Source of the DNA: a virus
Direction: 5' to 3' (one strand)
IMG/VR virus record: IMGVR_UViG_3300035698_022389
Location: 68,880-132,879 of that record
Length of the DNA stretch: 64,000 nt
This document shows positions 20,568 through 30,773 of the stretch, piece after piece. The notes under the pieces are model-generated. The model had not been told where the DNA came from and did not search any database. It was given only the letters and a program-made list of their open reading frames with translations. Both the position numbers and the translations under genes were made by a program. Each line of letters begins with the position of its first letter. Position 1 is the first letter of the stretch.

Positions 20568-20797
20568 GAAACATGACTCCTGAACAATTGGTAGAAGAAT
20601 TGAAAAACGCAGGTGTAGACCCTGAACGATGGGTTGATGTTGAAGAAAAAATGGTGAAGCCTGTTGCCTTGGATGAACAACGTCGGTTGTTAACCAAGAT
20701 GAGGGATATGTTCGAGGGTATAGTAGAACAGGACAGGAAGAAAGTGTTGACTCTAAAAGAGCAAGTAGAACGGCTCAAACATGGGGGAGGCGTTTAA
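20564..20797 (+). CDS. Small coiled-coil protein (77 aa), possible assembly chaperone
   Basis: ATGA and TAATG overlaps on both sides indicate translational coupling. Heptad-like C-terminus. Confidence 0.7.
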   Translation: MRNMTPEQLVEELKNAGVDPERWVDVEEKMVKPVALDEQRRLLTKMRDMFEGIVEQDRKKVLTLKEQVERLKHGGGV

Positions 20798-23706
20798 TGG
20801 CAGATGCACCCCAATGGGGCACACTAACAATTGAAGTTCCTGATTTCCTGGAATCTACCCGAGATGCTATTAACAGTGTGGCTGAGTTCCTGGTTACGAT
20901 GTTGGATATCGTGTTGGCAGCCCTTCAGTTGGTTAAGGCATTTTTAACAGCTTTTATTGACCCCATCCTATCACTTATCCAGAAAATCATTGATGAGCTA
21001 AACGCTCTCATACAAGACATTCGTCAGATGGGTATTTATATCACTGGTGATTGGAAATTGTTTGATTATCCTTTCGATGACCTTCGTGGAGGTTACAACG
21101 AATATGAACGTCGGATGGCCGTCAGGTTGACTGATCGTACTGATCCAACTCGGCCCAACCTATCTGGTCGCACGAAAGTGTTTGGGTTATTTTTCTACCT
21201 CTCGGTAGACATCTCAGATATTCAACGGTTGGTTGCATTTGTCATGAGGCTGATTGGGTTCTTTAAACAGGATTGGTCGGCCAATACACTTCCTTCGGTA
21301 CATATTACGGATGTCAGGTATGGCCTCGATACCGTTAATATTATGAATCCTGTGTCATTGGGGGATGCTTTTACCCAGATGGCTCAGTCTGGTATTTCTG
21401 GTGATGTACCTAACATTGCACAGGTTCGGTTCAAGACACATACTCCTAACAAGAATAGTCCTTTTAATCCATTCCCTGCAAACATGCTGGGTCCTGATGG
21501 TTTCGTCATTACGGTTTCCACTTATCCTGATGGTATTCAGGTTAAATATGATAAGCCCCGATTGAATACAACGACCGAACCCAATATTAAAGATTCAAGT
21601 AAGCAGGTTCAGCCTCGTGATTATGGGGCTGTTCGTGGAACAGACGGAAAACCTGTGGTTCTATATGGTGGTCAAGGAATGATGGAGCTGCCTGCTTCTC
21701 TGGGTTATAATCATGGGACAAAAAATGGTGGCCCTGTTACAGGAAGTACCCGAATTTATGGGTATTCTAACCCTGCGGACAATGCCCCTATCCCTCTTGA
21801 TGATATGGGGAGTTATTTCCAGAAAACTTTCTGGATGGATCAAACTGATGTAGCATTTCAGTCTTTCACAGGTGAATATGTTTTCAACATGAAATTGGCT
21901 GAAATGCCTTTAGTTGGAGATATAAAAGTCAAGAGTGACGGTAAAGTTGAGATTCTTCCTCTTGTTGCTACTGCCGAACATGCTGGGACAGTCCATGTCA
22001 GGATAGCTGCTGTAAATAAAGCAGCCCTTGAAAAATTTAAATATAACTTTGGAGATTCCAAAGTCACTACAATGGCAGCTGCTCCAGGATATGTGGTTGT
22101 ACCTCCTAAAACTGGGTGTGGGGATGTTTCTGATATTGGCCAGTGGTCCAGACCTCAACGGGTAACGTTCCCAAATGCTAACACAGCAGCATATCTTCAG
22201 GCTGTTCAATCAGCTTTGGTCGTTTTATTCCTGTGTCGTCCTGACTTGGTGACTATGGAGGAACTCAAACAACTCCTGACACCTCAGCAAATTACTAAAA
22301 TTGAAAGAGGCTTCCTCCTTATTGAGGGGACAGCAGCTTTACCCTGTGGCTTGGAATCTTTGAAACAACTTCTTCGAGTGATGTATGATGGTGTGTATGG
22401 GCCGAGTCACCAATGGAAACGAAATGATTCCCTTCCACTGGATTTCAGACTGTCGTTAGACCGTAGGGTACGGAAATTCACTCAAGACTTATATGCTCGA
22501 ACAGGTCCAATGCCAGACATTGAGGGGTTTGTAGCTGAGAGTACCGAGAAACTCCGCAGTGTAAAATGGGGAGAAATTATTGGTGCCTCCAATTGGTTCT
22601 CTTCTGACAGTGTATTCACAGATGATTTCAAAGAGGCCACTTTGTTAGAGGCTCTCAATACCGATAATAAAGCTGGTTCCGATGTCACTTCTGGGTTGGC
22701 AGTCAATCCTTGGAGTATTGGTATCAATGCAGATGAAGCTCTGATTGCAAGTGAGTTGGTTACAGGTCGGACACCTCAGATGTTTGAGTCCACTACAGGT
22801 GACTCCGATATTGTGATTAAACCTATAGTTCCTTTGGCAGACCTCCCCGAGTATTTGGCTACAATCCCTGCTATTTTTAAATCTACCTATGAAGCCAGTC
22901 CCGTTGTGGAGGGTGTCGTTACAGTATCCGATGGAAATCTTAGGACAATGAATTTGATGGTACTGGGAACCAAAGAAGGTTCCGGCGACCATTCTCCTGT
23001 TGTGTTCACAGATGTACCTGGTATTAACCAGGTTATTACTGGATCAGCCGGTTTAAATGTTGAAGCAGCTTCTAATATTGTTTTTGCCCGTACTCTCTTG
23101 ACAGAATATGAAGGAGGCCAGCTTATCCGTGAAGCTAAGATTGCTTTAGGTTTAGCAGGTAACCTCTGGAAACGGAATGATGATGAGGCTTGGATTGCCA
23201 TCAGATTCCTGGATGTACTGCCAGGCATTGATGATTTCCTTGAAACCATCCGTAATTGGGTTCAGGCCATTAAAGATGCCATTCAATCTATTGTAGATAC
23301 CATCATTAAATATATTGAGTGGTTAGAAGCCCGAATCATTGAAATCCAACAATTGATTAGAAGAATCAATGCTCTCATTCAGTCTCTCTTGGGTCATTTA
23401 TTTCAGGTGCCTGCATGTTCGGCTTTAATGTGTATATCAAACGGGACGGATGGAGTGTTGTCTGATTTGATGAATTCTCAATACAAACCGAATGATGGGC
23501 CTCTGGCTTACGGGGCAGGGATAGCATTAGTTGTCCCGTTCCTACCATCATTCGTTTACGATTTACTGTTGATGTTGTTCAAGAAGTCTGATGGGTCTCC
23601 TAGTGCAGGATCCTTAGCAGGAGAAGACCCTCCCGATGGAATCCCGTTGGAAGGTTTGCCTGGGGTTCCTGCTGAATCCCAGGATGCTCCACCTGATGTT
23701 TTATAG
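20797..23706 (+). CDS. Hypothetical virion protein with long amphipathic helices at both ends (969 aa)
   Basis: Coupled start. N-terminal FLVTMLDIVLAALQLVKAFL...LNALIQDIRQ and C-terminal FLETIRNWVQAIKDAIQSIVDTII...RINALIQSL helices, plus hydrophobic GAGIALVVPFLPSFVYDLLLMLF. Confidence 0.6.
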   Translation: MADAPQWGTLTIEVPDFLESTRDAINSVAEFLVTMLDIVLAALQLVKAFLTAFIDPILSLIQKIIDELNALIQDIRQMGIYITGDWKLFDYPFDDLRGGYNEYERRMAVRLTDRTDPTRPNLSGRTKVFGLFFYLSVDISDIQRLVAFVMRLIGFFKQDWSANTLPSVHITDVRYGLDTVNIMNPVSLGDAFTQMAQSGISGDVPNIAQVRFKTHTPNKNSPFNPFPANMLGPDGFVITVSTYPDGIQVKYDKPRLNTTTEPNIKDSSKQVQPRDYGAVRGTDGKPVVLYGGQGMMELPASLGYNHGTKNGGPVTGSTRIYGYSNPADNAPIPLDDMGSYFQKTFWMDQTDVAFQSFTGEYVFNMKLAEMPLVGDIKVKSDGKVEILPLVATAEHAGTVHVRIAAVNKAALEKFKYNFGDSKVTTMAAAPGYVVVPPKTGCGDVSDIGQWSRPQRVTFPNANTAAYLQAVQSALVVLFLCRPDLVTMEELKQLLTPQQITKIERGFLLIEGTAALPCGLESLKQLLRVMYDGVYGPSHQWKRNDSLPLDFRLSLDRRVRKFTQDLYARTGPMPDIEGFVAESTEKLRSVKWGEIIGASNWFSSDSVFTDDFKEATLLEALNTDNKAGSDVTSGLAVNPWSIGINADEALIASELVTGRTPQMFESTTGDSDIVIKPIVPLADLPEYLATIPAIFKSTYEASPVVEGVVTVSDGNLRTMNLMVLGTKEGSGDHSPVVFTDVPGINQVITGSAGLNVEAASNIVFARTLLTEYEGGQLIREAKIALGLAGNLWKRNDDEAWIAIRFLDVLPGIDDFLETIRNWVQAIKDAIQSIVDTIIKYIEWLEARIIEIQQLIRRINALIQSLLGHLFQVPACSALMCISNGTDGVLSDLMNSQYKPNDGPLAYGAGIALVVPFLPSFVYDLLLMLFKKSDGSPSAGSLAGEDPPDGIPLEGLPGVPAESQDAPPDVL

Positions 23707-23715
23707 GAGGTTTTC

Positions 23716-24579
23716 ATGAGTTCCTTTGATAAAATGGTATCGTGGCCAATTGGTTATTTTAGAGCTACTACCAGCTGGCTTCTTCGAAACCGAAAAGAAA
23801 TCGGAGCCAGGGTAGATACTATCAGTGCTGAAATTGACCGTATCGGTCATGTGTCCGTCGGGTATGAAGATTCTACCTCTGAGGAAGGGGAGAAAACAGA
23901 AACCAGGTCGTCTATTTCAGTTACATCTGATTCAAATGTTGGGAGATTGATGCAGGCTTATGTGGCTAATGGTGGCAATCCTTTTGATATTTCCCCATTC
24001 ATGCACCCACAAGCAAGTTATCCTCATGGTGGTGTGGTTGCTCCTCAATCTGTGGATGATAATGAGGATAAACAGCCTGTAATGATAAAAAACAATGATG
24101 GGGATATTATAGATTCTGGTTATGGACCTTCAATGGGGGGCTGGATGAAAACTGACAGGTATTATGCAGCCAGACAGGGCGGACGTACTTCTCAGGGTAG
24201 CTTTGATGCCGATACTATTCTTACAGGAATGCACCAGGTTCGACATTGGGCAAATAAAGAAATCAAAGAACGTCTTCAGGATATGGAATGGAGAATTATT
24301 AAACAGTGTGATTTACGGGAGCAATTAATTCAGGAACGTGATGATGTTCTCGTCACTGCTTTCGGTGGTGTGGTTGGAGGAGTTCCTGAGCCTGATGAAG
24401 GACGATTTGATTCTGGTCTTTTAGTTCAAAATGTGGTTCAGGAAATGTACCAACTGATTTACCAAACGGATGATACAGGATTGGTGGAATCCTTTGCTCC
24501 TAATCCCGTGGTTCCATTGTATGGGTTCACATTTAAGGATGTGGCTTCGGAAATGAATCGGTTTGAGATGGGGTGCTGA
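23716..24579 (+). CDS. Hypothetical protein in baseplate cluster (287 aa)
   Basis: AGGAGG RBS at about 23705-23710; intact ORF. Confidence 0.7.
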   Translation: MSSFDKMVSWPIGYFRATTSWLLRNRKEIGARVDTISAEIDRIGHVSVGYEDSTSEEGEKTETRSSISVTSDSNVGRLMQAYVANGGNPFDISPFMHPQASYPHGGVVAPQSVDDNEDKQPVMIKNNDGDIIDSGYGPSMGGWMKTDRYYAARQGGRTSQGSFDADTILTGMHQVRHWANKEIKERLQDMEWRIIKQCDLREQLIQERDDVLVTAFGGVVGGVPEPDEGRFDSGLLVQNVVQEMYQLIYQTDDTGLVESFAPNPVVPLYGFTFKDVASEMNRFEMGC

Positions 24580-24581
24580 TT

Positions 24582-24596
24582 CGGTGTAAAGCCTAT
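24582..24596 (+). promoter_or_regulatory. Putative phage late-promoter motif CGGT-N7-CTAT
   Basis: CGGTGTAAAGCCTAT, 37 nt before the ATG at 24633. The same pattern recurs in other intergenic gaps. Confidence 0.4.
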
Positions 24597-24632
24597 AAAA
24601 ACTACCAGTAGACCATAGGAGGAGTCTATTTC

Positions 24633-25799
24633 ATGAGTCAGGAATTTCAAATTGGGTGGCCATGTGACCATAGGACAATCGAAGAAGGGGTTCTTCTCGG
24701 TGCTGACCGACGTTCATTGCTTACTAGGCAGCCCATAGCAGGGTCAAAGACCGTCCGAGTGATGGCCAATGACGAACTGTTTATTCCGCTCGGTGGTTTG
24801 TATTCTGCTGCTCAACTTTATGGTTCTACTTCAGGTCCGTTTGATTTAACTGAGGGAGAAGATGCTCTGACAGTTGAAACCCCAGCAGGAACTTCAACGG
24901 TTTCTTTTGGGGTCACTGGTGTTAATAGGCTGACGACTGACCAAGTTATCAAGGAAATCCAAAAACAGCAATTCACTGTTGCAGTAGTTGAAAATATCAA
25001 TGGCCATCTGGTTTTTTCAGATGGTACTACGGTAGGTCCCGATTCTTTTGTGAAAGTACAAGGGAAAGCAGCTGAGGCTTTCGGCTTTGGTTCTGCTGAG
25101 TGTAATAAAGGTGCTTCAGAACAACGCGGTACCCGAGGTTTGCAGTTATTCCCGAGTTGGAATCTGGCTCGTCGCCCTGATGATTTAGTGAATCGTTTCC
25201 CTGTATTCGATTATCCTGTGAAAGGGAATCCTTTATTTAAGGTTTCCTACACGGTTATTCCGGAGAGATGTCTTCGATGTGGGGGTTCTTGGGTTGAGAA
25301 TGATTACCGTTATGGGATTGACGGTCAGTCCATTATGATTGAAAACGAGGATTTACTTTATCAAGCATGTCTAAAAATCCTTTTGACTGATATAGGCAGT
25401 AATCCATATCATACGTGGTATGGAACTCGAATAATGAGTCGGATTGGGTCAAAGGCTGTGTCCGGTGTGTCCATGTTAATTAGTGAAGATGTCAGAAATG
25501 CTTTGGCTCGATACCAATCTCAGCAAGTTGAACAAGGAAAATACCAGCAGGTTACTCTGAAAGAACAGCTTTATTCAATTTTGAATGTGCAAGTTGTCCC
25601 TCACAAACAGGACCAGACGACATTTTTGATTGATGTGACTATTCGTAATGCTTCGGGTGACCCTGTGAATTTAAGTATTGTGTTTACGGTTCCTTCGGCA
25701 GTAGCTTTGATGGGGTCTAATGGCCTCATGCTGGGCACGGAAGCTGTGGGTTTGGGGGCAGATAGAGTTTATCCGAACCAACTAATCATTAACGGGTGA
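24633..25799 (+). CDS. Baseplate wedge / sheath-initiator protein, gp25/gpW-like C-terminal domain with N-terminal extension (388 aa)
   Basis: C-terminal LYQACLKILLTDIGSNPYHTWYGTRIMSRIG...DVRNAL...ILNVQV...FLIDVTIRN fits gp25-like proteins. AGGAGG RBS. Located directly before the J-like gene. Confidence 0.65.
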   Translation: MSQEFQIGWPCDHRTIEEGVLLGADRRSLLTRQPIAGSKTVRVMANDELFIPLGGLYSAAQLYGSTSGPFDLTEGEDALTVETPAGTSTVSFGVTGVNRLTTDQVIKEIQKQQFTVAVVENINGHLVFSDGTTVGPDSFVKVQGKAAEAFGFGSAECNKGASEQRGTRGLQLFPSWNLARRPDDLVNRFPVFDYPVKGNPLFKVSYTVIPERCLRCGGSWVENDYRYGIDGQSIMIENEDLLYQACLKILLTDIGSNPYHTWYGTRIMSRIGSKAVSGVSMLISEDVRNALARYQSQQVEQGKYQQVTLKEQLYSILNVQVVPHKQDQTTFLIDVTIRNASGDPVNLSIVFTVPSAVALMGSNGLMLGTEAVGLGADRVYPNQLIING

Positions 25800-25806
25800 T
25801 GGTAAT

Positions 25807-28800
25807 ATGACAACAGAAGATACAAGAACACCAAAATTCTATGGGCCTGACAATGTTCTCCGATCAGAATATATTTTCTCAACGGATTTGTCATTTCGTT
25901 CATTTTCAGGGACTGTTGATGCAGACACCATAGATGTACAGGTTTCGCTTCGAAACGGGGCTTTCTCATCTGATCCTGACATGGTTTCATTTGAAGGAAC
26001 CTCTTTCTCGGTCCCTAATCCTGCAGCTTTCCCTGAAGGACTTCAACTTCTTCCTGGGGAAAATATCATTTCAGTCCGTGCGGTTATGTCCAATGGGGAT
26101 ACCTCTCCAATTGGGTCTATTCAGGCTAATCTATCTTTAGAACGGGATGTAAAGGCAGGTGTGGTTGCTCCTAGTGGTATCTATGTTGAGCGTTTGGATA
26201 GCAAAGTTCAAGTTTACGTGGATGGGCTTGAAGATACCAATGTGACAGGATATTTGTTCTATGCTTCTACGGAAGCTGGTGGTGGAGCAACAGGATACAA
26301 ACGTATTTCAGTAGGTTCTGTGATCTCTGGGGAAGTTTATGAGAAAATTACTTCTCTTGGGGAATTAGATTTGGATGCAAATGTGCTTCGGAACGAAGAT
26401 GGAAGCTTGGTTGCTGAACCTCAGTATATCCATTTGGTTAGCACTCAAGAAGACAGGGCAGGTGAGGTTCTTCAGACGGATATGAACCAACGTATCAGTA
26501 TGCCTGATACATTGACTCAATTCAGAGCCAATATGGTGTTTGACGGAGTGCAGGAGTTGAATCGGTTTTCTTTCATCCATAATCGTAAAGCTACGGCTAG
26601 TTTGACGGAAGCTTATCCTGCAGTTCCACACTCAGAATTTGCAGCCACGCTGGACACAGATCCCTTGTATTATGTGGTCACTGCTCTGTATTTGATTGAC
26701 GGGAAAGAGTATGAGTCGTCTTATTCCCCTGAAGTTGGGGCAACTCCTATTATCGTGTCGCCTTTGGTGTCTGCATTACCAACAGTATCTAGGCAACAAA
26801 TTGTTAAAAATGTTGCCTCGTCTATTTATCGATCACATCCAGAATTGGATATTAAACCAGGTACGATGATTAGAGATACTTTTGTTGACCCGTTCTCTAG
26901 TGAAGCTGAACGTATCCGGTTTATTTTGGGGTTCATTCAGTCTTGTCAGGCATTTTCAACCCTGTTGGATATTGATGACCCAAACCAGACGGGTATTTCC
27001 ATTACTGTGAATAATTCACCCTACAAATTGGCCTTGAAACAGGCTTTTTATCTGCAATCCAACACGGATGTGCAGAATATGATTGACAATGCTTTTGATA
27101 AACTGGCCTCCCAGCGGGGTGTTGTCCGTAACATTGGCCGACGTTCTCGTGGTGAAGTTGTAGCTTATGTTACAGTCAAACCGACCACATCTATTTTTAT
27201 CCCATTGGGAACAATTGCCTTTGCAGGTAGCCAGCAGTTTCGAACCACTTCCACTGGTTACATTACTTCAACAGGAATAGGGTCATCTTATAACCCTGTA
27301 ACTGGTCGCTATTTTACCCAATTGTACGTACAGTCCGTGAATCCTGGGAATGATGGCAACGTGGCTGCTGGACAGATTCGTGCATTTCAGAGTGGACCCC
27401 AAGGTGTTCTTTGTTATAATGATGTTCCAACCTACGGAGGTAGGGATATTGAAACTAATCGTCAGTTAGCCACTCGTGCCGATGGAGCATTATCTGGTGT
27501 AGATACGGGAACTTACCGTGGGTATGTGCAGACTACGAATAATATCAGTGGGGTCCTGGAGTCTACCGTGGTAGATGCTGGCCATTCTCTGATGCTTCGG
27601 GATATCAATCCTGAAACTGATCAGCATACAGGCGGTAAAGTGGATGTGTGGATTCAAGGTGAGAATTTGGCCTCTATCAGGGACAGTTTTGCTTTCTCTT
27701 TCGAAATTGTGAATTTTGGGCAGTTCGAGCCTGTAGGTGCCATTGCTGACCTTAAATTCAGGGCAGTTAATGCTAATCTCTCGGTAGATAACCCTCTTAT
27801 GGAAATGTTGGATAATGAAGCCTGGGGATTCAAGTTCACAGATGACACGACGGGTAAAATATTTGATTTGACGGATGTGGAAATTCCGACCTTTGACACC
27901 ATTCAGTTATCCACTATACACAATGATCCAGCCAACAGTGCCTTGACGGATGTTTTCCGAGGGTCTTATCGTTACCGTACCAGTAATAAATATGTGTTCC
28001 AACGTCAGCCAGCACGTTCAATTACGAGCCTTGTGGGTTCAGTTACAGGCTCTGTAGACGAAAGTTATTTTAAGCTATTTGCAGGTAGCCCTCCTTTGGA
28101 TTTAGGTCGTTCTACTGAATCTGGGGATTATATACAAATTATACAGCCTATTTTAAATTTTCTTCGGATTCCTTCAGGTGATCCCATTGTGGTATCAGAT
28201 GAGAGGCATGTCCTTTTGGAAGGGATTGAATATTTGGATAATTTGGGAATCAACCCGATTACCGTTCGGGTGTTCAATGTAGAGAGAACTGTTGAATATT
28301 ATGGTCCTTATTATCCTGATGTAGAACCTGATTTTACATTGGTAGATGAGGTAGGGGATTATCCTTTAGGCTTTAAACCAACTTCTTTGAGTCGGATGAC
28401 GGAGGGGGAGGAAGTATCTGTAGATTATAGTCATGATGAGAATTTTGTTGTGACCTACGAAGTCAATTCCTTGATTGGAACAGCTCAACAGGATTTGGAT
28501 GGGACTCGAAATATCATGGCTGATGTATTGGCTAAAGATTCTCTCCCAATCGGGGTGGATATTACGGCTACTGTTGTGACCAAGAAGAACAATAGCGTCT
28601 ATGTGGTGGATAGTGATATCCGAACTCAATTGGCCAGGTTATTTGGAATCTTTAATTTGGGTACTCCTGTACGGCAATCTGATATAATAGGAGCCATTGA
28701 ACTTGTCGATGGTGTTTCCTATGTAGTTGTACCTTTGACGAAGATGACGCGTACAAACGGCTCTCAGGCTCTCTTAGAGCGTGTTCTGACGGACACAGAG

Positions 28801-29328
28801 ATTGACTATACAGAAATCACAGCTTGGGCAACTGATCTGGTGAGGGTATACATTTTGAAGAATCCTTTGGAGTCAGGAACTGCCGATGGTGGCGGTGAGT
28901 TCAATGAAACAAAAGGAGTGTATCAGGGTTATATTTTGCTGGAAACCTATAATACTACACCTGATTCTCATGGTGTTCCTCTGAACAGGCTGGAAAATGG
29001 AGCTTACATTATTGGAAACGGGGGGATGAATATCCCTGGTTACAGTGATGATGCTACTTTGAAAGTTCTATATCCATTTGCTTCTGCTGCGGAACTCATT
29101 GAATATAGAGTGGGGATAACAGCTAATAGAGTTCTCGTAGCAATGCCAACGACAGACACACCTTTAGATCAGGTTTATCAGGTGACATATGTTGTGTCTG
29201 GTGACAGTGGCGTGAAGAATATTAACCCTGATCCGATTCAGTATTTGCATCTGGGAGATTTGGATTTTACTTACGATGAAGACCCTGATTTCTCGTCCTT
29301 GGTTAGTGGTGGAAGACGGAGTAGTTAA
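25807..29328 (+). CDS. Baseplate J-like wedge protein (T4 gp6 / P2 gpJ-like) with N-terminal Ig/FN3-like extensions (1173 aa)
   Basis: LDIKPGTMIRDTFVDP, QSVNPGNDGNVAAGQI and GGRDIETNRQLATR are characteristic baseplate-J motifs. C-terminal LGTPVRQSDIIGAIELVDGVSYVVVP. Confidence 0.75.
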   Translation: MTTEDTRTPKFYGPDNVLRSEYIFSTDLSFRSFSGTVDADTIDVQVSLRNGAFSSDPDMVSFEGTSFSVPNPAAFPEGLQLLPGENIISVRAVMSNGDTSPIGSIQANLSLERDVKAGVVAPSGIYVERLDSKVQVYVDGLEDTNVTGYLFYASTEAGGGATGYKRISVGSVISGEVYEKITSLGELDLDANVLRNEDGSLVAEPQYIHLVSTQEDRAGEVLQTDMNQRISMPDTLTQFRANMVFDGVQELNRFSFIHNRKATASLTEAYPAVPHSEFAATLDTDPLYYVVTALYLIDGKEYESSYSPEVGATPIIVSPLVSALPTVSRQQIVKNVASSIYRSHPELDIKPGTMIRDTFVDPFSSEAERIRFILGFIQSCQAFSTLLDIDDPNQTGISITVNNSPYKLALKQAFYLQSNTDVQNMIDNAFDKLASQRGVVRNIGRRSRGEVVAYVTVKPTTSIFIPLGTIAFAGSQQFRTTSTGYITSTGIGSSYNPVTGRYFTQLYVQSVNPGNDGNVAAGQIRAFQSGPQGVLCYNDVPTYGGRDIETNRQLATRADGALSGVDTGTYRGYVQTTNNISGVLESTVVDAGHSLMLRDINPETDQHTGGKVDVWIQGENLASIRDSFAFSFEIVNFGQFEPVGAIADLKFRAVNANLSVDNPLMEMLDNEAWGFKFTDDTTGKIFDLTDVEIPTFDTIQLSTIHNDPANSALTDVFRGSYRYRTSNKYVFQRQPARSITSLVGSVTGSVDESYFKLFAGSPPLDLGRSTESGDYIQIIQPILNFLRIPSGDPIVVSDERHVLLEGIEYLDNLGINPITVRVFNVERTVEYYGPYYPDVEPDFTLVDEVGDYPLGFKPTSLSRMTEGEEVSVDYSHDENFVVTYEVNSLIGTAQQDLDGTRNIMADVLAKDSLPIGVDITATVVTKKNNSVYVVDSDIRTQLARLFGIFNLGTPVRQSDIIGAIELVDGVSYVVVPLTKMTRTNGSQALLERVLTDTEIDYTEITAWATDLVRVYILKNPLESGTADGGGEFNETKGVYQGYILLETYNTTPDSHGVPLNRLENGAYIIGNGGMNIPGYSDDATLKVLYPFASAAELIEYRVGITANRVLVAMPTTDTPLDQVYQVTYVVSGDSGVKNINPDPIQYLHLGDLDFTYDEDPDFSSLVSGGRRSS

Positions 29329-30716
29329 TGGCAAACCAACCACGAGATAAAAATCTATTTCCATCTTCTATCCCTCAGAATCCTTCACTTCTGGGTGATA
29401 GCCAAGATCGTAAAAATGCTGTTCGGAGCCAAGTTGACCGAATCATGGCAGCGTTTATGAAAGTGTTGCCTAGTAACTATGTGTCTCAAGTATCTGGACC
29501 TTTTTATAATCTTCAGTTTCAGTCCGCTGCTGAGGAAATTGCAAATATTCAGATACTGGCTCAGGAAACAATGGCTGATGCATTCACAGATTACACTCGG
29601 CCAGAGTATCTTTGGCAGATTATCGGTTCTTTGGTGTTTCCCGATGCTAAAACTGATGGTTGGCCTGACATTGAGGGTGACTTGACGTATCGAGAGTTCC
29701 TTCAACGGATGGTGCTTCTCCTTCTTCAAGGAGCAAAACCTGACGTTATTAAGGATGGTATTGAGTTGCTGACCGATGCTACGGTTGAAGTAATTGAACG
29801 TGGTATCGAGGCTCGGAAATTAAAGGGCAAATCGGCTTGGGGTTCAGATGACCAATTTACATTTGAAATTAATATCAGTGAAGAAGCAGGGACAGTTGAA
29901 ATTGATGGGGAAGATATCCCTCTTTACAGATTCCCGACAGAAGACCCGTTTACTCTGGCCAGAAATGCCCAAATTGTTTTACGGGCATTGAAACCTGGCC
30001 ATACACTTTACGATTATAGGCATTTGTTCTTTGACAGTTTTAAACACTTGTTTACAGATACCTGGTCTTCTGAGTTTACAACTTATTATTATCAGGATTT
30101 CAGAAGATTTTGGTTGGGTGCAAAATGTGTGACAGGGACAGAGGGAAAAACTCTTTTGGACAGAGCTTTATTTTCAGATGCCTCCCGAGATTTCACATCC
30201 ATTCAACCTGGGGCTATTCTGACAATTCTGGACGGTCATAACTCTGAACATATTAGTGATAATGATGGTACACCTGTACATTTAGATGAAGATTATACAG
30301 GGAACTTTAGAGTGGATGAAGTTTTGTTTTTCCCTGTAGGAGATGATGCGGTGCCCCGTACATACACAACATCACCGACAGGATTGTCTGGAACAGCTAC
30401 CATAACAGGTGATGTTTTAGAAGATCCAAGTCAACATTGGGAGAATGCAGTTGAGGGGGAGATTCTGACTTTTACTGTAGGGCCTAATTCTGGGTTTTAT
30501 AGGTTAAAAACATTAGTAGGGACTTTCGGGGGACCTGTTGGGTTTGCTGATGGACCTGCCACTAAGGTAAAAATAGCACCTAGTATCCTACGTTTACAGC
30601 GTAGAATGTCTCAGTCTGTTGATTCTCAGGCTTATAAAGTTGAGGTTGACCGGTTAGGGATGCAAACACCTCGACGAGTTGAGAGTGAGGATGCCACGGT
30701 CTTTTTTATACGCTGA
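29328..30716 (+). CDS. Baseplate wedge protein, gpI/gp7-like (462 aa)
   Basis: Follows the J-like gene with a TAATG overlap. TRPEYLWQIIGSL...YREFLQRMVLLLLQGAKPDVIKDGIELL and LKPGHT motifs resemble gpI-type wedge proteins. Confidence 0.55.
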   Translation: MANQPRDKNLFPSSIPQNPSLLGDSQDRKNAVRSQVDRIMAAFMKVLPSNYVSQVSGPFYNLQFQSAAEEIANIQILAQETMADAFTDYTRPEYLWQIIGSLVFPDAKTDGWPDIEGDLTYREFLQRMVLLLLQGAKPDVIKDGIELLTDATVEVIERGIEARKLKGKSAWGSDDQFTFEINISEEAGTVEIDGEDIPLYRFPTEDPFTLARNAQIVLRALKPGHTLYDYRHLFFDSFKHLFTDTWSSEFTTYYYQDFRRFWLGAKCVTGTEGKTLLDRALFSDASRDFTSIQPGAILTILDGHNSEHISDNDGTPVHLDEDYTGNFRVDEVLFFPVGDDAVPRTYTTSPTGLSGTATITGDVLEDPSQHWENAVEGEILTFTVGPNSGFYRLKTLVGTFGGPVGFADGPATKVKIAPSILRLQRRMSQSVDSQAYKVEVDRLGMQTPRRVESEDATVFFIR

Positions 30717-30773
30717 TGTGGTTTTTGGTTGATATTAACCCTCTTACAGAGATGTTTTAATTAAGGAGATATT

